20,000 nt of DNA from an uncultured virus (IMG/VR IMGVR_UViG_3300010352_000682) (lineage: Duplodnaviria > Heunggongvirae > Uroviricota > Caudoviricetes). The stretch lies in the IMG/VR virus record IMGVR_UViG_3300010352_000682. The stretch is one strand, 5' to 3'. Below, in pieces: positions 1-7,160 of this stretch. The notes below the pieces were generated by a model. The model was not told where the DNA came from, searched no databases, and worked only from the letters and a program-made list of their open reading frames with translations. The position numbers and the translations under genes are program-made. Positions within the stretch are counted from its first letter, which is position 1. The number at the start of each line of letters is the position of its first letter.

Positions 1-679
1 ACATTTCTTTTGTTAAAATAGCATTATCTATACAACCCGGTATTTTACCGCTATCAGGTGGACAGATTTGATTTATCAAATTTGTTCTATCGACAAAAGA
101 TACTTGTGTTGCAAAAATAAACATACCGTTTGCTCTGCGTGTCATTGAACCCAATATCTTTTTGTCGTTTATAAGTATATCATTATTATTTAATACAACA
201 TTTGAAAAATATTGTTTAAAATAAGTATAAAATCTACTCATAAAATAATCCGATGTTGCATCAGTATTTTCGTTTACAATAATTGCTATACTAAAATCTT
301 CTGGTCCACTGATTATAGTGCCGCCTAAATAGCGCATTTCATAAACGGTTACTCCAAGTGATTTACATAAATCATAATCTATTGTTTCTGAACCGTGCCA
401 AGCAAATACATTATCAGCAGTAGGTATATATACGCTAATTTCTTTAGTTTTAACAGACGCTTCAACGGCATCCTCAATACCAAGCATTGCAGGTTCATAT
501 ATTGTTGGATTAGATGTTCTAACAAGATATTCGGTCTTATCTTTAAAATAAGTATCAAGTGAAGTATATCCGGCAGATGATAACCTACTTAAAAGAGAAA
601 GTGTTTTAAATGTGTCTCTTGTATCAAGATATTGTTGTTCTATAACGATACCATTTTTTATTTTTTCACTATCTAACAT
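1..679 (-). CDS. Divergent BPL/LplA/LipB-family (lipoate-protein ligase-like) protein, 3'-truncated by window edge
   Basis: Not in ORF track; hand translation from ATG 679 (RBS GAGGT) is open to base 1: MLDSEKIK...IDYDLCKSLGVTVYEMRYLGGTIISGPEDFSIAII...NNNDILINDKKILGSM... resembling the LplA 'RRxSGGGAV' and 'NDxxxxGKKIxG' motifs. Confidence 0.7.
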   Translation of the reverse strand, partial: MLDSEKIKNGIVIEQQYLDTRDTFKTLSLLSRLSSAGYTSLDTYFKDKTEYLVRTSNPTIYEPAMLGIEDAVEASVKTKEISVYIPTADNVFAWHGSETIDYDLCKSLGVTVYEMRYLGGTIISGPEDFSIAIIVNENTDATSDYFMSRFYTYFKQYFSNVVLNNNDILINDKKILGSMTRRANGMFIFATQVSFVDRTNLINQICPPDSGKIPGCIDNAILTKEM

Positions 680-696
680 TATATACCTCAAAGAAT

Positions 697-717
697 GGGG
701 CGGTAATTAGCCGCCCC
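697..717. terminator. GC-rich hairpin, probable (partial) terminator
   Basis: GGGGCGG/CCGCCCC stem just after stop of 726..1388; weak U-tract on minus strand. Confidence 0.6.
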
Positions 718-725
718 TATTTTAT

Positions 726-1388
726 TTATGCTGACCACAAATCGTTTTCTGCGTCTTGTCCAAAGACTTTGATTACGTATGTACCATCAGAACCACCACA
801 AGCAACTTTAAGGTCTGAACCATAAATTTTACAAGTAATGGAGGTAGATGCTGCTAAAGTAGTTCCTGTCATATTGGTAGAACCACCAGTAGCAAGTATC
901 TGAGTACCGTCACCCTCACCACTTGAAGTCTGTGGCACAAGTTTAACTTTCCAAGCTTTCAGAGCCACATTAGATGTGAAGCTGAATGAGCAAATATTCT
1001 TACCAGACACTTCACTAATCTTAGTTACATCGGGTGCAGTAATTGTGATTGTTGGCAGAGAAGTAGACAGGGTAATTGTTGCTGTGGATGCGCTACTTTC
1101 GTTGTAAACATCATCACGAACCTTGATACTGATAGTATAACTACCATCAGTAGAAGATGGAAGTGTAACAGATTTAGTTGTTGCAAAGGATTCCCAAGAA
1201 GCAGACGCTTCGTCAGCGGCTCCTGAGATACCCCAAATCTTCATAGTATAGCCAGTAGTAGAAGCATCACTCACCGCTATGCTAAGAGACACTGTTGAAC
1301 TTGTTGTTACTGATGCTCCACCATTAATTGTAAATGTTGATATTACAGGAGCAAGTGTGTCAAGTATTAATTGAAAATAATTAGCCAT
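726..1388 (-). CDS. Ser/Thr-rich beta-sandwich (Ig-like) protein, probably virion-associated
   Basis: 220-aa ORF, RBS GAGGA, beta-strand-like T/S-rich composition, located downstream of terL. Confidence 0.6.
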   Translation of the reverse strand: MANYFQLILDTLAPVISTFTINGGASVTTSSTVSLSIAVSDASTTGYTMKIWGISGAADEASASWESFATTKSVTLPSSTDGSYTISIKVRDDVYNESSASTATITLSTSLPTITITAPDVTKISEVSGKNICSFSFTSNVALKAWKVKLVPQTSSGEGDGTQILATGGSTNMTGTTLAASTSITCKIYGSDLKVACGGSDGTYVIKVFGQDAENDLWSA

Positions 1389-1543
1389 TATTTATCCTCT
1401 TCATTTTTAAATTCTAAATAAAAATATGCACCTGATCTATTATATATTAAATCATCATTATAATAGACTTGTTTAATTCCCATATCGCCGTAAAATATTA
1501 ATTTATTTTCTGCTATGAGTTTATCAACTTTTATATTACTCAC
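1388..1543 (-). CDS. Small hypothetical protein (51 aa)
   Basis: GTG start after AAGGTGA RBS; VSNIKVDKLIAENKLIFYGDMGIKQVYYND...; stop overlaps next ATG (TAATG). Confidence 0.65.
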   Translation of the reverse strand: MSNIKVDKLIAENKLIFYGDMGIKQVYYNDDLIYNRSGAYFYLEFKNEEDK

Positions 1544-1552
1544 AACATCACC

Positions 1553-1747
1553 TTATCCTTTTATAAAATAATATTTTTGTTCATGAATAGTGTTGTTATA
1601 TTCTATTAAATCTATTGGGTCTGGTAATAATTCCACATATTCAACTGTACTCATATCAATGGGAATAGATTGTTCATCCTCCACTTCAATTGATATTGTT
1701 GTTTCTTCTTCTATTTCAATATTAATGGGGTATGATATAAGTTCCAT
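1553..1747 (-). CDS. Small acidic hypothetical protein
   Basis: 64-aa ORF tightly packed in operon with RBS. Confidence 0.65.
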   Translation of the reverse strand: MELISYPINIEIEEETTISIEVEDEQSIPIDMSTVEYVELLPDPIDLIEYNNTIHEQKYYFIKG

Positions 1748-1761
1748 TTAATATCACATCC

Positions 1762-2097
1762 TCAATCTGTACTTTGAAATAGTGTCTTATTCATATAAAG
1801 TTCCACAATTTTTGTTTTTGGTATCTTACCTCCAACATAAGTAATTTTGGTATCCATATAAAAATTTTTATCCGGTAAAAAAAGACGTGTTTCAGCATCG
1901 GTAAAGTATACATAGAAAATTTTATTTATTGTATCATATGTTACATTAGTTGGATATGTTTTTAAAATTATTTTTTCTGCGTTCTCTGACGGCTGTTGCT
2001 TAAAAATAAATTCAATTGTATTTATTAATGTAATATCAGTTATAGCACTAATAGTTACCGGAATTGTTGGTGTAGTACCACGCTTATAATCAATCAT
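1762..2097 (-). CDS. Hypothetical structural protein (BppU N-terminal-like beta domain)
   Basis: 111 aa starting MIDYKRGTTPTIPVTI, pattern typical of small phage baseplate/adaptor-type domains; RBS AAAGGT. Confidence 0.55.
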   Translation of the reverse strand: MIDYKRGTTPTIPVTISAITDITLINTIEFIFKQQPSENAEKIILKTYPTNVTYDTINKIFYVYFTDAETRLFLPDKNFYMDTKITYVGGKIPKTKIVELYMNKTLFQSTD

Positions 2098-2099
2098 TT

Positions 2100-2135
2100 T
2101 TATTTACCTTTCTTTTTCTTAGTTCTACAGGCCAT
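2100..2135 (-). CDS. Possible 11-aa basic micro-ORF MACRTKKKKGK
   Basis: Strong RBS AAGGGGTGA, ATG 2135, TAA 2100; fills gap between terL-C and next gene. Confidence 0.35.
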   Translation of the reverse strand: MACRTKKKKGK

Positions 2136-2147
2136 TATTATCACCCC

Positions 2148-2321
2148 TTATTGACCACGCCGTTTCCAAACTCTCTCTAAGGCATACCTGACGCTATCTA
2201 TGCAGTTATGTACTATAAAGCCGCCATTAATAGTAAAATTATGAAAATCTCTTACTTCCATATTATATACATCCTCTGTATTAGGAAGTTTCTTTATCTG
2301 TGTTATTTTTACTGATTTCAT
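2148..2321 (-). CDS. terL: Split intein C-part (39 aa) fused to terminase large subunit C-extein (18 aa)
   Basis: Hand translation: MKSVKITQIKKLPNTEDVYNMEVRDFHNFTINGGFIVHN|CIDSVRYALERVWKRRGQ; intein block F (DVYNMEV..HNF) and G (VHN+C); RBS GAGGT. Confidence 0.95.
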   Translation of the reverse strand: MKSVKITQIKKLPNTEDVYNMEVRDFHNFTINGGFIVHNCIDSVRYALERVWKRRGQ

Positions 2322-2949
2322 TTTTTAACCTCGGTAATCTAGGATATAATATGTCTGAACAATGTTTGCTACAGGTACTATTTTTATAATACTTATTACT
2401 TGTAAAGGTTTTACCACACACAGGACAGATTTTTTCAATATCATCTAAGTGGTTATCCCTGCGCCATTTAGATTTGCAAGCATTTGAACAAAATCTACTT
2501 CTTGTTTGCTTGCTTTTAAAGGGTTTATTACAACACTCACATATAAAATCTTTTTCTTGTAATGCATCATTACCGAGTTTTCCTATTTTAGCATAGTAAT
2601 CATAATTATAATTTTCCTTACGAATTTTTGCTGCTGCTGGAATGACATTTTTTATCATGTTTTGCCTGTACCACTCACGTTGTTCATCTGTTAATTCTGC
2701 GCTATGTAATTTACGATGTTCAGCTCTTATCATAAGTTCAAGATTGGAAATATCATTATTGTCTTTATTGTGGTCTTTATGATGTACTTCATATCCCTTT
2801 GGTATTTCACCATTGTATTGTTCCCATACACAACAATGTAATCTTTTGTGCAAGGTAGAACAAAGCCAGTAACCAGATTTTTTATCCTTTCTAAACTTAT
2901 ACCCGTTATAGTATACTAAATTAGTGTTTTCAATATATTGTATGGTCAT
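2281..2949 (-). CDS. Free-standing HNH homing endonuclease with C-terminal Zn fingers
   Basis: VWEQYNGEIPKGYEVHHKDHNKDNNDISNL (HNH_3-type) plus CxxC...FCSxxC repeats; RBS AAGGAG. Confidence 0.92.
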   Translation of the reverse strand: MTIQYIENTNLVYYNGYKFRKDKKSGYWLCSTLHKRLHCCVWEQYNGEIPKGYEVHHKDHNKDNNDISNLELMIRAEHRKLHSAELTDEQREWYRQNMIKNVIPAAAKIRKENYNYDYYAKIGKLGNDALQEKDFICECCNKPFKSKQTRSRFCSNACKSKWRRDNHLDDIEKICPVCGKTFTSNKYYKNSTCSKHCSDILYPRLPRLKNEISKNNTDKETS

Positions 2950-3007
2950 ATGGATATCTCCTTATTTAAGATATCCATATTATATCATAAATATCTAACA
3001 GGGTCAA
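2948..3007 (-). promoter_or_regulatory. sigmaA promoter plus RBS-occluding hairpin for the HNH gene
   Basis: TTGACC(3007-3002)-17 nt-TGaTATAAT(-10 at 2984-2979); perfect 12-bp inverted repeat 2948-2959/2969-2980. Confidence 0.75.
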
Positions 3008-4500
3008 TAGATATTTAAAATTTCATCGTCCGTAGTTAATTCACACATTTTTATCCAACCACGAGTTGTTAATACAGGATGTTCAGCGGTAGCTTTTATA
3101 GATGAACCATCTTCAAGAGTGATTTCATATATCTCTGCATCTTTTTGTGTCAATCTAACGTCAAAATAATCTGATATGGTAGACTTTTTATTATCTTCGT
3201 CATAACAATAGACCTTACCAGTTTTACCAACTAGGTCTTTTATGGCTATATCTCCATCAACAGTATTAACTATGGTATCACCTGTTAGACAGTGGTTATT
3301 TTCATCTGGATAATCACTGATTATTTCATCATCTTTGTTTCGTGTGTATTCATATGTTAAAAATTCATCAGCAGCAACAGGGCATCTTGCTAAGTCAATA
3401 TAGATATGACTAAGAGATTGTAGCCATTTCATTGAATATTCAATACTTCCGGGTCCTTTTTCAGCACCCCTCGTATTACTGCCGTAAGAACGAAAGTCTG
3501 AAATTGATTTAGGTTCCGCGCTATCAGCAGTAATTAGGTCTGAGCCAATGACACCTTTCTTTTCTACAAGGTCATTCCAGACTTCTATATTCCCCTTTTT
3601 ATTTACAACATATTCATCATAAATATAAAGGTCACGTCTAGCACTATCATAGTACACCTTAACCCACGCAAACGGGTCAGGATACCATCCCCAGTCAACG
3701 CCCATGTAGATTCTATCAAATGTTTTAATCTGTTCATCTGTGATGGGCTTTACTTTGACATTTTCAAAGACATTACCACCATCACCGATTGCTTCACCTA
3801 AATATTCGTGTGTATATGCACGTGGATTTATGGCTTTTAACCAATCAGCTTCATCATAAAATGATTCTCCTAACCACTCTCTTGGCACATCTAAATAACT
3901 TGATTTAATACACAGTGTATCTGGTCTATCAACTAATATATCTTTGTTTGCCCAATTTGATGCAGAAATAGGTGGGTTAAATGAACGAAAATCCCAAAAT
4001 TTATCTCCACCACGCATAGTGGACTGTAATACCTTACGAATTTCAGCATCACCAGCATATTGATCTTCTTCCTCAAACCATGTAACTCCAATATAACCAA
4101 AGGGTAATTTAATAGATTTAATTTTTCCCGGATCATCCAGACCAAAGAACATAATTTTTTGTCCTGTTGGTCTATAAATCATTTCCATTGGGTTAACTTT
4201 AAACTTATAAAGAGAATAAAGTCCATCAGTTTGATCAATACCCCATTGCATTTGACCATATACAGAATTTTTTAATGTGTTTCCCACTTTACGAAATACA
4301 CAAGCATGAACATTAGGATTATTTATTATTATGTGTGGTATTATTTCGCTAATAAAGGATGATTTAGTAGAACCACGTCCGCCATATAATTTATAATGTG
4401 TATATTCGTGATTCATAATATCTCTATATAAATCATAATATTTTGGTATTATTTTTTCTGAACCATGAAATATTACTTCTTGTTTATTGGTTCTTATCAA
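3004..4500 (-). CDS. terL: Terminase large subunit (PBSX family) N-extein fused to split intein N-part (95 aa, 3291..3007)
   Basis: Walker A GGRGSTKS, Walker B VTWFEE, nuclease GVDWG and ADSAEP; ...DENNH|CLTGDTIV (block A)...ATAEHPVLT (block B) then stop; likely TTG start at 4500 after AGGAGTGA. Confidence 0.95.
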   Translation of the reverse strand: MIRTNKQEVIFHGSEKIIPKYYDLYRDIMNHEYTHYKLYGGRGSTKSSFISEIIPHIIINNPNVHACVFRKVGNTLKNSVYGQMQWGIDQTDGLYSLYKFKVNPMEMIYRPTGQKIMFFGLDDPGKIKSIKLPFGYIGVTWFEEEDQYAGDAEIRKVLQSTMRGGDKFWDFRSFNPPISASNWANKDILVDRPDTLCIKSSYLDVPREWLGESFYDEADWLKAINPRAYTHEYLGEAIGDGGNVFENVKVKPITDEQIKTFDRIYMGVDWGWYPDPFAWVKVYYDSARRDLYIYDEYVVNKKGNIEVWNDLVEKKGVIGSDLITADSAEPKSISDFRSYGSNTRGAEKGPGSIEYSMKWLQSLSHIYIDLARCPVAADEFLTYEYTRNKDDEIISDYPDENNHCLTGDTIVNTVDGDIAIKDLVGKTGKVYCYDEDNKKSTISDYFDVRLTQKDAEIYEITLEDGSSIKATAEHPVLTTRGWIKMCELTTDDEILNIY

Positions 4501-4534
4501 AAATAAATCACTCCTAAATGCATTCTTTGTGCAT

Positions 4535-4563
4535 ATTATACAGCAAATATTATACATTGTCAA
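4535..4563 (-). promoter_or_regulatory. Consensus sigmaA promoter upstream of terL
   Basis: TTGACA(4563-4558)-17 nt-TATAAT(4540-4535). Confidence 0.8.
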
Positions 4564-4564
4564 T

Positions 4565-4613
4565 AAAAAAAATAAAAATTAAGGAGCCACCTACTCGCAA
4601 TAGGTAGCTCCTT
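4565..4613 (-). terminator. Rho-independent terminator of the tRNA operon
   Basis: 13-bp stem AAGGAGCTACCTA/TAGGTGGCTCCTT (4581-4613) followed by T-rich tract on minus strand. Confidence 0.8.
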
Positions 4614-4643
4614 TACTTTTTGATATTTGTATTAAAATTACCG

Positions 4644-4719
4644 TGGTGGAAAATGTAGGAGTTGAACCTCTCTACCTGTTCCCAAAACAGGTGTGCAGAA
4701 CCGTTACACTTCATTCTCC
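4644..4719 (-). tRNA. tRNA-Pro(TGG), atypical
   Basis: Anticodon arm CCTGT-TTTGGGA-ACAGG, encoded CCA; T-stem imperfect and acceptor lacks C1:G72. Confidence 0.7.
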
Positions 4720-4722
4720 GTG

Positions 4723-4797
4723 TGGCGGGGTAAATAGGGTTTGAACCTATGACACACTGGTTAACAGCCAGCCGCTCTTCCTCTGAGCTACTACCCC
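4723..4797 (-). tRNA. tRNA-Asn(GTT)
   Basis: Cloverleaf, loop CTGTTAA, G73, CCA. Confidence 0.9.
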
Positions 4798-4800
4798 ATA

Positions 4801-4878
4801 TGGCGGCTACGGTGAGATTTGAACTCACGATGTTCTGATAGACAGTCAGACGCATTAAACCAACTATGCTACATAGCC
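4801..4878 (-). tRNA. tRNA-Asp(GTC)
   Basis: TCTGA-CTGTCTA-TCAGA, G73, CCA. Confidence 0.9.
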
Positions 4879-4945
4879 CTATTGTGGCATTTTCATTTTT
4901 AGGATAAAAGAAAAATTGTTGAGCCACATTCAAAAGAAAACCATG

Positions 4946-5021
4946 TGGTGGAATATGTGGGACTTGAACCCACGACATCCTGATTGCAAATCAGGTACTC
5001 TCCCATCTGAGTTAATACCCC
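4946..5021 (-). tRNA. tRNA-Ala(TGC)
   Basis: CCTGA-TTTGCAA-TCAGG, G3:U70, CCA. Confidence 0.92.
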
Positions 5022-5023
5022 AT

Positions 5024-5099
5024 TGGTAGCCCACCTTGGTGTCGAACCAAGAACCTATCCCTTATCATGGGATTGCTCTACCTGTTGAGCTAGTGGGCT
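5024..5099 (-). tRNA. tRNA-Ile(GAT)
   Basis: ATCCC-ATGATAA-GGGAT (unusual A32), CCA. Confidence 0.9.
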
Positions 5100-5176
5100 A
5101 TATTTCTGGTGAGCATTTCCTCTCACCACGCAGGGGTTTTCATCTGCTATGCGTCCGCAAACACATACCTCTATTC

Positions 5177-5253
5177 TGGTGCTCCTAAGTGGAATCGAAC
5201 CACTAACCTATCTCTTATAAGGGGATTGCTCTAACCAATTGAGCTATAGGAGC
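5177..5253 (-). tRNA. tRNA-Ile(TAT)
   Basis: ATCCC-CTTATAA-GAGAT (one stem mismatch), A73, CCA; body similar to neighbouring Ile(GAT). Confidence 0.85.
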
Positions 5254-5257
5254 ATGT

Positions 5258-5333
5258 TGGTGCCACGAGGAAGAATTTGACTTCTGACGCTAGGTTCTTC
5301 GGACCTACGTTCTACCTACTGAGCTATCGTGGC
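5258..5333 (-). tRNA. tRNA-Phe(GAA), atypical (C33, altered T-loop)
   Basis: TAGGT-CCGAAGA-ACCTA; T-loop TCAAATT instead of TTCRA; perfect acceptor stem, CCA. Confidence 0.75.
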
Positions 5334-5336
5334 ATA

Positions 5337-5416
5337 TGGTGGAGATAAGGAGAGTCGAACTCCTGTCCAGAACTTAGCACATCGGCCTTTCGCCCTGTCG
5401 AAACCAATCTATCCCC
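5337..5416 (-). ncRNA. Minimal tmRNA: tRNA-like domain only (80 nt)
   Basis: GGGGATAGATTGGTTTCGACAGGGC...GTTCTGGACAGGAGTTCGACTCTCCTTATCTCCACCA: tmRNA 5' and 3' signatures, G3:U70, no D-stem, no tag ORF. Confidence 0.8.
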
Positions 5417-5429
5417 ATATAGTGCTCAT

Positions 5430-5465
5430 GCATATTGCTCACATCTAGGCTTGTGAGCAATATGC
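5430..5465. terminator. 14-bp perfect hairpin at boundary of methyltransferase block and tRNAs (terminator or processing site)
   Basis: GCATATTGCTCACA/TGTGAGCAATATGC; no clear U-tract. Confidence 0.5.
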
Positions 5466-5481
5466 GAGAATCAGCCGCATT

Positions 5482-6288
5482 TCAGCATGTGACCTCCTTC
5501 AAAAGCTCCGAGTTATCTTGTATGCGTTTATTTGCTATATCACAATATGTAGTGTCTAATTCAAACCCAATGTAGTTGCGTTTATTCAATAACGCCATTT
5601 TTGCCGTAGTACCGCTGCCCATAAATGGGTCAAAAACTATATCACCCTCGTTACTCCAAGAAAGTATATGGTCTTGTGCTAACAACTCTGGGAACACAGC
5701 AGGATGCTCAGTTTTATCATCGCCAGAAGTAAATCCAACATTATATCTCCAAATATTTGACCTTAACTGCAATTTACCTTCTGCGTCACTTCTTTTTTCT
5801 ACTTTTTGAATTCCATCTTTAGTAATTCTTCCTGTCTTAATTCCACCTTTTGTTCTTGGTTTTCCGTTATCCAATCTATGTACTGTTTTAATTTTTCCTT
5901 TTGTAAAAACAAACATATATTCAAACGTCTGCCAATAGCAATTGTTGCTTCCGCACGCTCCTGTTCCATTCTTTTCGTAAATCATAGTGTCGTGAAGGTT
6001 GAACCCAATTTCCTTAAAAAATAACGCTTGGCGGAACGATGTCCCCGTTTCGCTTCCTTTAATTGTTGCGTCAGCCACTATCCAAACCACTACGCCGCCT
6101 TGCTTTGTTACTCGATATAATTCTTTTGCTATATCTTGAAACTTCTCAAAAGACCACTGTGCAATATTTCCGTTATATGTGCGTAGATTATCGTATGGCG
6201 GCGAAGTAATCGTCAAATCAATACATTCATCATCTAATTGCTTCATTCCGTCAAGACAATCCATATTATAAATTTTATTTAATTCCAT
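5482..6288 (-). CDS. Site-specific DNA methyltransferase (N4C/N6A, beta class)
   Basis: TSPPY (motif IV) N-terminal, HPAVFP and DPFMGSGTT (motif I) C-terminal; start probably MELNKIY at 6288. Confidence 0.93.
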   Translation of the reverse strand: MELNKIYNMDCLDGMKQLDDECIDLTITSPPYDNLRTYNGNIAQWSFEKFQDIAKELYRVTKQGGVVVWIVADATIKGSETGTSFRQALFFKEIGFNLHDTMIYEKNGTGACGSNNCYWQTFEYMFVFTKGKIKTVHRLDNGKPRTKGGIKTGRITKDGIQKVEKRSDAEGKLQLRSNIWRYNVGFTSGDDKTEHPAVFPELLAQDHILSWSNEGDIVFDPFMGSGTTAKMALLNKRNYIGFELDTTYCDIANKRIQDNSELLKEVTC

Positions 6289-6329
6289 ATGTATAATCTC
6301 CCATCTTAATTCCGCACCAAACATCTGTT

Positions 6330-6800
6330 CTATGTTACTTTTGAATTGAACACAACTACCATACTCGGAAACGGTGCTGACTGAAGTTTAAAATTACCTT
6401 CCGGGTTCCACGATGGGAGAAGCCTATTAATAAACTTTAATCTGCCCTGTAAAAATCTAATCTCAGCTTTGTTATATATGTATTTGTGAAACCATTTTGT
6501 ATCCGTTCTCGATGGAATAAGCATTACGACGATAGTGTTTGGTTTTTTAGATTCCTCATAGCATTTCTTAACCCACGTTCCAATTTCTTTTCCATAAGGC
6601 GGGTTACAAAATACTGTTTCACCTTCCCAACTCTTTTTTAGTCCATCATCATCTGGTGTATAATACTTATCTGTTTTATGGTTGTATTCTTGACAACACG
6701 GATCTAGTGTAAAATTAAACTCTTTGTTAAGGCTATCATAAAAAGCCTGAGGCGTTTCCCATTCGTTCGAAATGCTACTAAAAAGAACTTCTGTATTCAT
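6330..6800 (-). CDS. Phage DNA N6-adenine methyltransferase (Dam-like phage family)
   Basis: EWETPQ, FTLDPC, DDGL, VFCNPPY, LIPSRTDT, APFPS motifs. Confidence 0.92.
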   Translation of the reverse strand: MNTEVLFSSISNEWETPQAFYDSLNKEFNFTLDPCCQEYNHKTDKYYTPDDDGLKKSWEGETVFCNPPYGKEIGTWVKKCYEESKKPNTIVVMLIPSRTDTKWFHKYIYNKAEIRFLQGRLKFINRLLPSWNPEGNFKLQSAPFPSMVVVFNSKVT

Positions 6801-6878
6801 GTTTTTATCTCCTTTCTAAAATGTTAATAAAATTGCTATTTGGTTAATGTTTTTAATCAATTTATGATTGCAAAATAT

Positions 6879-7160
6879 TCAATATGGCTGATATTCATAA
6901 CTGCGGGCAACGTCGGTGTTGGAAATCAGCTTTTCCTCTTTAAGTGCGTCCCGTTCGGCTAACAAATTGCAAGCGCACCGTTCACATTCCGCTTCGTGTT
7001 TGTCAAACATTTTAATGGCGTAAATTGCAATATCTATTGCTTCAAGTTTGCGTTTCCACAATTCGGAAAAAGACGTGTCATGCACTGGCTCACTCGCCAA
7101 TCTTCCGACAAGATTTGTCGCGTCAATCTCCAACTGCACGATTGCTTCTTCATTCGTCAT
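6879..7160 (-). CDS. Hypothetical phage protein
   Basis: MTNEEAI... start, overlapping upstream gene; typical small Firmicutes phage ORF. Confidence 0.65.
   Translation of the reverse strand: MTNEEAIVQLEIDATNLVGRLASEPVHDTSFSELWKRKLEAIDIAIYAIKMFDKHEAECERCACNLLAERDALKEEKLISNTDVARSYEYQPY

Noticed and set aside
2148..3291. Contiguous intein with frameshift errors, or group I intron
   Set aside because: Four in-frame stops plus separate promoter and RBSs; intergenic DNA is only about 55 nt, too short for an intron core
4613..4978. 121-aa ORF in track
   Set aside because: Runs through four tRNA genes; no RBS or protein-like features
5420..5431. Possible att duplication of tRNA-Arg 3' end (TAGTGCTCATGC vs TGGTACTCATAC)
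   Set aside because: Only 9/12 identity and no integrase in the block
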